Below, piece after piece: positions 38,602-47,940 of a stretch of 64,000 nt of DNA (the first letter of the stretch is position 1; the number at the start of each line of letters is the position of its first letter). Source of the stretch: Aggregatilineales bacterium (lineage in GTDB: Bacteria; Chloroflexota; Anaerolineae; Aggregatilineales; J027); assembly GCA_965215855.1 (NCBI GenBank), contig CBDCER010000003.1, positions 2,968,880 to 3,032,879 on the forward strand. Direction: 5' to 3'. Position numbers and translations under genes: made by a program. The notes beneath the pieces were generated by a model. The model saw nothing but the letters and a program-made list of their open reading frames with translations, made no database searches and was not told where the DNA came from.

Positions 38602-40146
38602 ATGGCTTATATCCTGGCAATTGATAATGGGACACAGAGTGTGCGGGCCTTGTTGTTCGATCTAGAGGGTAATTTGGCAGCGAAGGCGCGTGTGCCAATT
38701 GAACCTTACTATTCACAACAGCCGGGATGGGCTGAACAAGATCCTGAGTATTTCTGGAAGTCGTTGTGTGATGCATGCCGAAAGCTATGGCAAATCACCG
38801 ACATTCCAAAAGATGCGATTGCGGGAGTTGCGCTCACTACGCAGCGAGGAACGGTGGTTAATGTGGATGCATCTGGCAAGCCGCTACGCCCGGCAATCGT
38901 TTGGCTCGATCAACGGCGGACAGAGAGGTTGCCGCCAGTAAGTGGTCTATGGGGCCTAGCATTTAAATTGGTGCGAATGTCGGAAACAGTGGCCTATGCA
39001 CAGGCTGAAGCCGAGGCCAACTGGATTCGTACCCAGCAGCCGGAGATCTGGAACAAAACCCATAAATACCTCTTGTTATCTGGATACTTAATTTATCGGC
39101 TGACTGGCAATTTCGTCGATTCGGTAGGTTCTCAGGTGGGGTATATTCCTTTCGATTATAAAAAACTGATGTGGGCTGGTGCGCGGGATTGGAAATGGCA
39201 AGCAATACCCATGGACAAAGCCTTGTTGCCTGATCTTGTGCCGCCCGCTGGGGAGTTGGGGGAGATTACGGCAGAAGCGGCAGAAGCGACGGGTATTCCT
39301 GTTGGGTTGCCAGTGATAGCAGCAGCAGCAGACAAAGCGTGCGAGGTAATTGGATCAGGGTGTCTGGAGCCGCACATCGGATGCTTGAGCTATGGGACAA
39401 CGGCAACCATCAACACGACACATCAGCGATATATCGAAGTGATTCCGCTGATCCCACCTTTCCCAGCGGCGGTTCCCAATGCCTTTAGCATGGAAGTGCA
39501 AGTCTATCGCGGTTATTGGATGGTGAGCTGGTTTAAGCGCGAGTTTGGTCACCGCGAGGTACAGATTGCTGAGGGGCGCGGGATTGAACCTGAAGTGTTG
39601 TTTGATGAACTGGTGAATCAGGTACCGCCGGGATCGGACGGGTTGGTGTTGCAGCCGTACTGGTCACCGGGGGTTAAAGTACCAGGGCCAGAAGCTAAAG
39701 GAGCAGTAATCGGGTTCAGTGATGTACATACCCGAGCACACCTCTACCGGGCGATTTTGGAGGGACTGGCGTATGCGTTACGTGAGGGCAAGGAACGTAC
39801 CGAAAAACGTAGCAAAGTGCCAGTCACAGAATTGCGTGTGTCGGGTGGCGGTTCGCAGAGCGACGCGGCATTACAATTGACAGCAGATATTTTCGGTTTG
39901 CCGACGACACGCCCGCATCTTTACGAGACCTCTGGCCTGGGTGCAGCGATTGACGCCGCAGTGGGGTTGGGGTTGCACCCAGATTTTGGTACAGGGATCA
40001 GCAGCATGACACGAGTTGGGGAAACGTTTGAACCGAATCCCCAGACCCATGACATCTACGAAGAATTGTATCAACGCGTGTATAAGCGCATGTATCGGCA
40101 ATTGCAGCCGCTGTATCAGGTAATACGGCGCATCACCCGATGTTGA
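38602..40146 (+). CDS. FGGY-family carbohydrate/polyol kinase
   Basis: FGGY_N start ([18 protein letters not shown]) and FGGY_C motifs ([24 protein letters not shown]). Confidence 0.85.
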   Translation: MAYILAIDNGTQSVRALLFDLEGNLAAKARVPIEPYYSQQPGWAEQDPEYFWKSLCDACRKLWQITDIPKDAIAGVALTTQRGTVVNVDASGKPLRPAIVWLDQRRTERLPPVSGLWGLAFKLVRMSETVAYAQAEAEANWIRTQQPEIWNKTHKYLLLSGYLIYRLTGNFVDSVGSQVGYIPFDYKKLMWAGARDWKWQAIPMDKALLPDLVPPAGELGEITAEAAEATGIPVGLPVIAAAADKACEVIGSGCLEPHIGCLSYGTTATINTTHQRYIEVIPLIPPFPAAVPNAFSMEVQVYRGYWMVSWFKREFGHREVQIAEGRGIEPEVLFDELVNQVPPGSDGLVLQPYWSPGVKVPGPEAKGAVIGFSDVHTRAHLYRAILEGLAYALREGKERTEKRSKVPVTELRVSGGGSQSDAALQLTADIFGLPTTRPHLYETSGLGAAIDAAVGLGLHPDFGTGISSMTRVGETFEPNPQTHDIYEELYQRVYKRMYRQLQPLYQVIRRITRC

Positions 40147-40164
40147 TGTTCAGTTACAAACAAG

Positions 40165-40395
40165 CAATTAGATGAGAGGTGTGCATAAAAAGATGATAAT
40201 GATTTTTGAGCTTCTAGCCAAGCGAATCTCATAAACGGATTGAGCTAATAGTTCTCATGATTGAGCAAAAACGACACACATTGACAGTCTATTTCAATCA
40301 TGGTATTCCAATCCGCCTTGTAAGCGATTCAAGAAATCGCCTATTTGACGCCGATTACTCGCACTCATGATTTATGCACACCCCTCAATTAGATC
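40165..40395. repeat. AT-rich ~230-bp intergenic segment bounded by imperfect inverted repeats (MITE-like or long-range hairpin)
   Basis: GAGGTGTGCATAAA (40176-40189) versus TTTATGCACACCCCTC (40371-40386). Both ends also carry AATTAGAT. No ORF lies inside. Confidence 0.45.
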
Positions 40396-40841
40396 AGACT
40401 AATAAAACGAATCCGCATATTGGTCAAGCGTTCGGCCATTTCTTTTGCCAAGCGACTCATCAAGATATAACCCAGTTTGGTATCTTGCTGCATGAGCTCG
40501 CGTAGCCCGACGCCGTCAATGGCAGCCAGCCGGACATCAGTGGCGGCAATGCCATCCAGTTTGTATTCGTAAGGTTCTACCATCGCCGACCAACCAGTGA
40601 CTTCACCTTCAACAATGGTTTGAATATCAGCATAGTTGTTGCCTTCTTCATCGAGGGCAACTTTGAGATCAACTTTACCTTCGATGACCACATAGAGTGT
40701 ATCGGCGGCGTCACTTTCAAAGAAGAGCCATTCGCCTTTGGGATATGTGTCCTCTTTGGCAAGCATCGCCAGTTGTTTAATTGACTCCGATTCCAGCCCG
40801 GCAAATAGTGAGAAACGACGCAGGATTTCAGGGGAGATCAT
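40389..40841 (-). CDS. Stand-alone cyclic-nucleotide-binding (cNMP) domain protein
   Basis: 150 aa covering only the cNMP-binding beta-barrel (FFESDAADTLYVVIEGKV.., GEVTGWSAMV..). No HTH or other output. Its start overlaps the protease gene stop by 14 nt. Confidence 0.75.
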   Translation of the reverse strand: MISPEILRRFSLFAGLESESIKQLAMLAKEDTYPKGEWLFFESDAADTLYVVIEGKVDLKVALDEEGNNYADIQTIVEGEVTGWSAMVEPYEYKLDGIAATDVRLAAIDGVGLRELMQQDTKLGYILMSRLAKEMAERLTNMRIRFISLI

Positions 40842-41337
40842 TAATGGCCTCCTTCATAGTTTGATGATAGGGCTGTCCTAACAAACGCAGGACGCAGGCG
40901 GTTGCCTGGGGAATAGCTGCCGCGACGAGCGGAGTTGGTATTTCGCTAAAGGTCAGGACATCGTGGACCTGAATTGCAACAATTTGGATATTTTCCATAT
41001 CCGGCAGATGCGCCCCCAGCCGCCTGCCGACATCAAGAGCCGTGGGCAGGTCAACATCGTGGGCGCTGGCGGTGTTGAGTAGCGAGTCGGGTAGAGCGCC
41101 TGCTGTGAACTCGACCACTTGGCCGGTTTCACCATCGGGTGTCCAGAACGCATCAATCAAGATGACACGTTCATAGCCGACCATCGTTTCCATCAACGCC
41201 AGGCCACCGACACTTAGTTCTTGCACCTCAATCTCAGTATCGAATGGCAATGCCTCTTGAACAGCATTAGCGACGTGAACCCCGACGCCGTCATCAGTCA
41301 GATATGGATTTCCCAGCCCTATCACCAGTGTTTTCAT
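40828..41337 (-). CDS. [NiFe]-hydrogenase maturation endopeptidase
   Basis: MKTLVIGLGNPYLTDDGVGVHVA and ..DAF.., typical of HycI/HoxW/FrhD-type proteases. Lies directly downstream of the large subunit. Confidence 0.85.
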   Translation of the reverse strand: MKTLVIGLGNPYLTDDGVGVHVANAVQEALPFDTEIEVQELSVGGLALMETMVGYERVILIDAFWTPDGETGQVVEFTAGALPDSLLNTASAHDVDLPTALDVGRRLGAHLPDMENIQIVAIQVHDVLTFSEIPTPLVAAAIPQATACVLRLLGQPYHQTMKEAINDLP

Positions 41338-41351
41338 GAGTGTTTTAGCTT

Positions 41352-42821
41352 TCAGTCAATATATTGCGAGCGCTGGTCAACGATCTCACCATCAGCATCG
41401 CGGACGATTACTTCTAGTGGCATTTGGCCTGGCAGCGAGTGGGTAGCACAGCTAAAGCAAGGATCGTAGCTGCGGAATGCCATCTCGACCATGTTCAGGA
41501 TGCCGTTAGTCACTTTGCCTTTATGAATATTGGCTTTGGCGGCTTTCTTGACGCTGAGTGTGATGGGGGCATTGTTGTTGGTTGTGCCCACAATCAGATT
41601 TACCTTCGTCAAGATGCCGTTTTCATCAGTTTCATAGTGGTGGGTCAGTGTGCCACGCGGAGCCTCGACAGTACCAATACCCACATCTGGTGTGGCGGTG
41701 GGAATGGTTCGCACGTTAGGATCAGTAATTTCGGGATCAGTTGCCAGAATCAACATGTTCTCAGCAGCATAGAGGAGTTCGACCAGGCGTGCCCAATGGG
41801 TTGCTAATGTATGATGCACTGGTTTGCCACCTAATGTGGCGTACATTTGCTCATACGCTTCTTGGGCTTTAGGAGTTGCCATACCATCAGCAGCATTCAG
41901 ACGACTGAGAGGCGTACAAGCATACATGCCAGAGTCTTTGCCATCCACGAAACCTTTCCAGCCGACACCTTTCAAGAAGGGATATTTGAGGTAGCTGTAA
42001 GGTTCAACGTGTTCGCCGATGTATTGAGCGTAGTCAGCGGGCGCGTATTTGACATATTCGTTGCCGTCTGGATCAACGACGCGGATCAAGCCATCGTAAA
42101 AGTTGACATGGTTGTTGTCGTCCACCAGACCCATGTAGTAGGTCTTTTGCGTGTAACCATCACTGACAATCAGGTCAACATAGGCACTGTTCTTCAGGAC
42201 GATTTCGCTGAAGATTTCTAACGACCATTGGGCGAATTCGACATTTTGCCGTGCTATGTCCTCGATGAACTTGCGTTCTTCTTCGTTGATGGCTTTACTC
42301 ATGCCACCTGGCAGGCCGCAGACAGGATGAATGGCTCGCCCACCGATCATTTTGATGATTTCGTGGTTGAACTTGCGGGTGTTGATAACCTTCATGCCTG
42401 CTTCAACCCCGACTTTGTTAACGACGCCGAGAATATTACGTTCGCCAGGAGGAGCATCGGGACCAACGACAAAATCGGGGCCGCCCAACGCATAAAAGTG
42501 CGTGGTATGGTCGGTGCAGTAGAAGGCCATGTAGAATAACTCACGCAGTTTCTTACCAGCGGACGGTGGATCGACATGGTAGAGCGCATCCAGGGCTTTG
42601 GCAGCCGCCATATGATGTGCTTCAGGACACACACCGCAGATGCGGTTGGTCAGGCGTGGCATTTCCTCGGCAGGCCGCCCCAGGCAGAAGACCTCAAACC
42701 CGCGCAATTCCGGAATCTGGAAATAGGTATTGGCAACTTCGCCAGCATCATCCAGAAAGATTTCGATTTTGCCGTGGCCTTCGAGGCGAGTAATGGGATC
42801 AATCGTAATTCGTTGTTTCAT
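41352..42821 (-). CDS. mvhA: [NiFe]-hydrogenase large subunit, group 3c (MvhA-type)
   Basis: N-terminal RLEGHGKIEIFL and RICGVCPEAHH (L1 CxxC). C-terminal DPCFSCATH (L2 CxxC). Confidence 0.9.
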   Translation of the reverse strand: MKQRITIDPITRLEGHGKIEIFLDDAGEVANTYFQIPELRGFEVFCLGRPAEEMPRLTNRICGVCPEAHHMAAAKALDALYHVDPPSAGKKLRELFYMAFYCTDHTTHFYALGGPDFVVGPDAPPGERNILGVVNKVGVEAGMKVINTRKFNHEIIKMIGGRAIHPVCGLPGGMSKAINEEERKFIEDIARQNVEFAQWSLEIFSEIVLKNSAYVDLIVSDGYTQKTYYMGLVDDNNHVNFYDGLIRVVDPDGNEYVKYAPADYAQYIGEHVEPYSYLKYPFLKGVGWKGFVDGKDSGMYACTPLSRLNAADGMATPKAQEAYEQMYATLGGKPVHHTLATHWARLVELLYAAENMLILATDPEITDPNVRTIPTATPDVGIGTVEAPRGTLTHHYETDENGILTKVNLIVGTTNNNAPITLSVKKAAKANIHKGKVTNGILNMVEMAFRSYDPCFSCATHSLPGQMPLEVIVRDADGEIVDQRSQYID

Positions 42822-42831
42822 CAGCGGCCTC

Positions 42832-43866
42832 CTAGTCTTTCAGTTTGGGATCCAGGCGTGGCACAAAGTCGATGTGTTCCGCTTTCTTGTGACCGTTTTC
42901 CTGGGCCAGGCGAGTACGGGTCATCAGCGAATGTGCCAGGCTGAAGCGATAGAAATAACCAGCGGGATCGGGCAATGTATCCAAAATAGCGTCGATTTCT
43001 TCAGGTGTTTCGGCATCCAAAACGGAGCCGATAGCACCGATAAGCCGTGCGCCACCATCCATAACGCCTTCGTTGGGGCCATAACAGCCACGACAGCCCA
43101 TATTGACGGTTGGACATAGTGCCCCGCAACCAGCGCGGGTAGCGATACCAGCACAGAACAATCCTTGATCCAGCAAACATTGGTTGGGATCGGGGATGAT
43201 TTCGTGCGGACGATAGAAGCGTTTGATCTTCTTTTCGGCGCGTTCACGGGTGCATTCGTCACAAACTGTCACGTCCATACCGATGACAGTACCGGGGGGT
43301 GGTAATTCACCTGTGATGATGGCCTCAACTGCGGCCTCAATCCATTTGGCCTCGGGCGGGCAGCCGGGTAGGTAGTATTCCACGGGAACAATCTGATCGA
43401 GGGTGCGGACCGTGTTCCAGTAGGAAGGCAATGTCAATTCACCTTCGGGAACCTGGACGCTGGTTTGGGGTAATATGCCATCGGGATTGACAGAAGAAGG
43501 CGAGTCGTTGTAAATATATTGCATCATGTGTTCGCGGTCAGTGAAGTTTGCCAGGCCGGGCATACAACCCTCACTGGCACAACTACCGAAGGCGACCATG
43601 ACTTGACTCTTCTGACGGAGCAAGTGTGCCCACTCGGCGTTCTCGTCGTTGCGAATCGCACCGTTGAACAGCGTAACAGTGATTTCGCCATCGGCCATTG
43701 CTTCAATATCTTCTTTTTTGAAGTCCATGACACACGGCCATAGAACGATGTCAAAAGCCGCGGCGACATCCAGAATTTTTTCGTGAATAGCCAGCACGGC
43801 GATTTCACATCCGCCGCAGGCCGAAGCCCAATACAGTGCCAGCTTGGGTTTTTGCTTCTCAGCCAT
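42832..43866 (-). CDS. mvhG: [NiFe]-hydrogenase small subunit (MvhG-type)
   Basis: LALYWASACGGCEIAVL proximal-cluster motif and further Cys clusters. Overlaps the mvhD stop by 8 nt. Confidence 0.85.
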   Translation of the reverse strand: MAEKQKPKLALYWASACGGCEIAVLAIHEKILDVAAAFDIVLWPCVMDFKKEDIEAMADGEITVTLFNGAIRNDENAEWAHLLRQKSQVMVAFGSCASEGCMPGLANFTDREHMMQYIYNDSPSSVNPDGILPQTSVQVPEGELTLPSYWNTVRTLDQIVPVEYYLPGCPPEAKWIEAAVEAIITGELPPPGTVIGMDVTVCDECTRERAEKKIKRFYRPHEIIPDPNQCLLDQGLFCAGIATRAGCGALCPTVNMGCRGCYGPNEGVMDGGARLIGAIGSVLDAETPEEIDAILDTLPDPAGYFYRFSLAHSLMTRTRLAQENGHKKAEHIDFVPRLDPKLKD

Positions 43867-44350
43867 GAACCACCTCCTCCATCACCGTAGGGCCAAAGTC
43901 TTCGACGGTGTCACGCCATTCCAGTGGTCCCAGGCGGGCGATGGTTTCGGTCATCTGGGTAACGGTCTCGACAAAGAGTGTTCCTTGAGCTGCGGATGCC
44001 CAGGCCAGTTGGACACGGTCCGGATGGACGCCTAATTGCGCTAATGTGCGACGCAGGAGCGCCATCCGTCGCATGGCTTTGTAATTGCCTTCCTGGTAAT
44101 GGCACTGACCTGGATGGCAACCCATGACCAGTACACCATCTGCACCTTCACGCAAGGCTTTCATGACAAACGTCGGGTCAAGCCGTCCGGTACACATGAT
44201 GCGAATGTCGCGCAGCGTAGCGGGATAACCAAAGCGGCTGGTTCCGGCTAAGTCAGCAGCGCGATAAGAACACCAATTGCACAAAAAGCCAACAATAACA
44301 GGTTTGCGATCACCCCATGCGGGGTTGAGTGCATTGAAATCAGTAGTCAT
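43859..44350 (-). CDS. mvhD: Methyl-viologen-reducing hydrogenase delta subunit (MvhD)
   Basis: Signature GFLCNWCSYRAADLAG and ..MGCHPGQCHY... Confidence 0.85.
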   Translation of the reverse strand: MTTDFNALNPAWGDRKPVIVGFLCNWCSYRAADLAGTSRFGYPATLRDIRIMCTGRLDPTFVMKALREGADGVLVMGCHPGQCHYQEGNYKAMRRMALLRRTLAQLGVHPDRVQLAWASAAQGTLFVETVTQMTETIARLGPLEWRDTVEDFGPTVMEEVVHG

Positions 44351-44353
44351 CGG

Positions 44354-46381
44354 TTACGCCTCCTGAAGGGCAGGGGCTGAAACGGCAGCACCGCCATTAC
44401 CAGCACGAACGTCGTAAAGCATGCCGTCGATTTGCGCCATGATCGACTCGAAGGTGTAGTGTTGGCCGGTGATAACCTGGCTGGGGCAGGCGGCCACACA
44501 GGTTCCGCAGCCCTTACAAAGTGCTGGATTAACGCGACTGACCTCGGTTTCTTCAATGTAGTCGATGGCGTGGTAGGGACAGAGATTGTTGCAGATGCGG
44601 CAGCCAGAGCAACGATCTTCGTCGATATTGGCGCGTATCGGCTCGATTTCGACTTCTTTCTGACCGATCAGGCTGAGGACACGAGCCGCCGCTGCTGCGC
44701 CTTGTGCGACGCTGGACGGAATGTCCTTTGGACCCTGGCACGCACCCGCGATGAAGATACCTTCGCTCATCGTGGCAACTGGATCAAGTTTGGGATGGCG
44801 CTCGGTGAAGAACCCAGCCTCAGAACAGCCTGCGCCGAACATGTGCGAGAGTTCTTTGGCGTCATGGCGGGGTTCAACAGCCCCCATCAGGATGACCATA
44901 TCCACCGGGATACGGCGCTGTTGTCCGATTAGGGTGTCTTCAACCTGAACAATCAGCTTGCCTTCTTCTCCTGGATTGCGGGCAGCATCGGTAACTTCTG
45001 CCACACGCCCTCGGACAAAGTTCGTGCCTTCTTCCATCAGACGATGGTAGAATTTTTCATAGTCCTTGAAGGCTGTTCGCATGTCGATGTAGAAACTGTA
45101 GACATCTGCATCAAGTTTCTCGTTAACCAGGTGAGCAAACTTGAGAGCCGCCATACAGCAAGTCGCCGAGCAATAAATGTTGTAGTTATGGTCGCGGCTA
45201 CCGACACAATGGACGATCCCAACGCTCGTAGGTTCAGTGACACCATCGCGCAAAACGATCTTGCCACCGGTAGGTCCAGAAGCGTTGGTCATGCGCTCGA
45301 ATTCAAGGCTGGTGAAAACGTTCGCCAACCGCCCATAGCCATATTGTGGAATGCGGCGTGAGTCGAACAGATCGTAACCTGTCGCGAGAATAACGTTGCC
45401 AACATTAATTGTCAGATATTCATCTTCCTGGTCAAAATTTATTGCACCAGTCGGACAGAATTTCTCACAGGCTTTGCAAGTTCCCTTCTGGAAATAGATA
45501 CAGCTTTCCATGTCGATGACGGGGTACTTGGGCACAGCCTGGGGAAAAGGTCGATAAACCGCTGTCCGGTAGCCCAAACCGGCCTCATAAACCATATCGA
45601 CAAGTTTGGCCGGGCAGCGTTCCCAGCAATCACCACAACCGGTACACAATTCGGTATCGATCTTGCGGGCTTTCTTGCGGACACGCACGGTGAAGTTGCC
45701 GACAAAGCCATCCACTTGCTCGACCTCGCTGTAGGTTAGCAAAGTGATATTGGGATGATTGCCGACATCGAACATCTTGGGCGTTAGGATACAGGCCGAG
45801 CAGTCCAACGTCGGGAAAGTTTTATCGAACTGGGCCATATGGCCGCCGATGCTAGGTTCACGTTCGACCAATACGACAGGGTAACCAGTGTTGGCGATTT
45901 CAAGCGCAGCGTTGATACCGGCGATGCCGCCCCCAACAACCAGTGTGGTGTCGTTAATGGGAGCTTTGAAGGGTTCAAGGGGTTCCAATTCAACCGCACG
46001 TTGGATCGCGCCACTGATGATGGCCTTAGCTTTATCGGTAGCGGCTTCTTTGTCGCCAGGATGAACCCAACTGGCATGTTCGCGGATGTTTGCCATCTCG
46101 AACAGGTAGGGATTCAGGCCAGCGCGACTGCAAGCCTGACGGAAAGTAGGCTCGTGCATGTGGGGGGAGCAAGCGGCGCAGACTACACGGGTCAGTCCGT
46201 GTTCTTTAATATCTTCTTCGACAAGTTCTTGTCCCAAGCTGGAACACATGAACTTATAGTCACGGGAAACGGTCACGTTAGGCATGGTATTTGCCCATTC
46301 GGAAATGGCTTCGACGTCTACAGTACCGGCGATGTTGTGACCGCAATGACAGACATAAACACCAATTTTCTCTTCTGCCAT
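44354..46381 (-). CDS. hdrA: Heterodisulfide reductase subunit A (HdrA-type flavin/FeS protein)
   Basis: FAD fold VVGGGIAGINAALE. Four CxxCxxCxxxCP ferredoxin motifs plus the N-terminal Cys cluster (VCHCGHN). Confidence 0.9.
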   Translation of the reverse strand: MAEEKIGVYVCHCGHNIAGTVDVEAISEWANTMPNVTVSRDYKFMCSSLGQELVEEDIKEHGLTRVVCAACSPHMHEPTFRQACSRAGLNPYLFEMANIREHASWVHPGDKEAATDKAKAIISGAIQRAVELEPLEPFKAPINDTTLVVGGGIAGINAALEIANTGYPVVLVEREPSIGGHMAQFDKTFPTLDCSACILTPKMFDVGNHPNITLLTYSEVEQVDGFVGNFTVRVRKKARKIDTELCTGCGDCWERCPAKLVDMVYEAGLGYRTAVYRPFPQAVPKYPVIDMESCIYFQKGTCKACEKFCPTGAINFDQEDEYLTINVGNVILATGYDLFDSRRIPQYGYGRLANVFTSLEFERMTNASGPTGGKIVLRDGVTEPTSVGIVHCVGSRDHNYNIYCSATCCMAALKFAHLVNEKLDADVYSFYIDMRTAFKDYEKFYHRLMEEGTNFVRGRVAEVTDAARNPGEEGKLIVQVEDTLIGQQRRIPVDMVILMGAVEPRHDAKELSHMFGAGCSEAGFFTERHPKLDPVATMSEGIFIAGACQGPKDIPSSVAQGAAAAARVLSLIGQKEVEIEPIRANIDEDRCSGCRICNNLCPYHAIDYIEETEVSRVNPALCKGCGTCVAACPSQVITGQHYTFESIMAQIDGMLYDVRAGNGGAAVSAPALQEA

Positions 46382-46402
46382 GCTGTTAGCGTCCTTTCAT
46401 CA

Positions 46403-47365
46403 TCACTGTGGCGGCGGTGGCATTGGAAGCGCCTTTTTGTCCCGGCGTTTGGGCCTGGACCGCTTCGGCGTTTCCTCTTCCTGGCCGATTTTATTAAGAG
46501 CAGCTTTCGCCGATACCATTTCGCTGCCGATACCCAGTTCATCGGGTTGCATTCCGAAGGCGAGGCCCATCATTTGAGTAAAGAACATCACTGGAATGCT
46601 GAAGTCAGTATTGAACGTGCGGTTGACTTGGGATTGATAGGCATCCAGATTAAGCTGGCACATGGGGCACAGCGTCACCAGTATGTCGGCATGATAGTCG
46701 GCAGCGTTTTGTAACAAGCGGCGCAAGAGTTCGAAGGCGGTATTTTCGCTGATTTGCGTCATATGACCGCCACAACAGTGAGTCTTGAGGGGGAAGTCGA
46801 TGACGGTCGCACCCAGAATCCCTAATAACTTGTCCAGGTGCGTCGGATATTCAGGATTGTGTTCGGTGCCGGGTCGGGTAATCAGACAGCCATAGTAAGG
46901 CGCGACACGCAGACCCTTGAGTGGTTGTGTGACATGCTGGCCGATGGTTTCATAGCCAACATCCTCGGTGATGACATCCAGCAAATGGCGGACGCGTAGG
47001 CTGCCAGGAGCATAGTGCAGCTCACCTGCCGCTAGCGCCTGATTAACCTGGGTGTTCAATTTGGGATATTTTCCCATATTCTGATCGGTTTTCCGCAGGT
47101 TGAGGTAGCAGGCGCTACAGGGTGCGACCAACTCTTGTGTGCCATCAATTTCAGTCGCCAATGAGAGATTACGTGCTACCAGGCTATAAGCTGGCAGGGC
47201 GTTGATAGTGAAATACTCGGTTGCTCCACAGCAATTCCAGCCATCAATTTCGACGAATGTCAGCCCTAATGTTTCGCCAATGCGTTTGGTGGACGCATCA
47301 TAAGCATGGGCTGAGGCATCCAGTGAGCAACCCGGATAGTATATGTAGCGACCATTCTGGCTCAT
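46403..47365 (-). CDS. hdrB: Heterodisulfide reductase subunit B (two CCG domains)
   Basis: YYPGCSL..WNCCGA and YYGCL..HCCGG CCG-domain signatures. Unusual basic/Pro-rich C-terminal tail (PKRSRPKRRDKKALPMPPPPQ). Confidence 0.85.
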   Translation of the reverse strand: MSQNGRYIYYPGCSLDASAHAYDASTKRIGETLGLTFVEIDGWNCCGATEYFTINALPAYSLVARNLSLATEIDGTQELVAPCSACYLNLRKTDQNMGKYPKLNTQVNQALAAGELHYAPGSLRVRHLLDVITEDVGYETIGQHVTQPLKGLRVAPYYGCLITRPGTEHNPEYPTHLDKLLGILGATVIDFPLKTHCCGGHMTQISENTAFELLRRLLQNAADYHADILVTLCPMCQLNLDAYQSQVNRTFNTDFSIPVMFFTQMMGLAFGMQPDELGIGSEMVSAKAALNKIGQEEETPKRSRPKRRDKKALPMPPPPQ

Positions 47366-47934
47366 GATGATGCCTCCTGCTCGGCTGAGATACGCTTGGC
47401 TTCGTCAAGAATTGCTTTCAACTGGGGCATGTTTTTGATGACAGTGGCGGACATACTCAGACGACCTTTTTGCATCATCTGGAAGCCCATCCCACCCATC
47501 CTGATAGCTTTTAGCGGGTGATGGGTCAGGTGATAGCGGGTTGCTAGTCCAAACTCGAAGCTGCGGCCATATTGCTCGACATAACCGATGAAGCTGGTTG
47601 ACCAGTCGGCATGGTCGTTCTTCTTATATTTGCCCTGGGCAATTGCCATCTGTTTGAGGGTATACATCATATCCGTAATAGGGATATTTTGGGGGCACCG
47701 GACGGTGCAGTAGTAGCATGATACGCAATACCAGGGTGTATTGCTGCTTAACACGTCGTCCTCCATATTTGCCGCGATCATGGCAAACAGGCGACGAGGC
47801 GTGGTGTCCATATCAGCCTCTGAAGGGCATGACCCGCCACACGTGCCACATTGCAGACATGTGAGCAGGGTTTCGCCGCCAGGGGTGGCCTCCATGACAC
47901 GCGCACGGAAGTCTTGCCCGTTGGAGGTTGGCAT
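47362..47934 (-). CDS. hdrC: Heterodisulfide reductase subunit C (2x[4Fe-4S])
   Basis: CLQCGTCGGSCP and CVSCYYCTVRCP motifs. 4-nt overlap with hdrB. Confidence 0.85.
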   Translation of the reverse strand: MPTSNGQDFRARVMEATPGGETLLTCLQCGTCGGSCPSEADMDTTPRRLFAMIAANMEDDVLSSNTPWYCVSCYYCTVRCPQNIPITDMMYTLKQMAIAQGKYKKNDHADWSTSFIGYVEQYGRSFEFGLATRYHLTHHPLKAIRMGGMGFQMMQKGRLSMSATVIKNMPQLKAILDEAKRISAEQEASS

Positions 47935-47940
47935 ACTGCA

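Noticed and set aside
43859-46381. In-frame TGA (selenocysteine) or split genes in hdrA/mvhD, as seen in some bacteria.
   Set aside because: Both ORFs are uninterrupted and full length, with Cys at the expected cluster positions. No SECIS-like context needs to be invoked.
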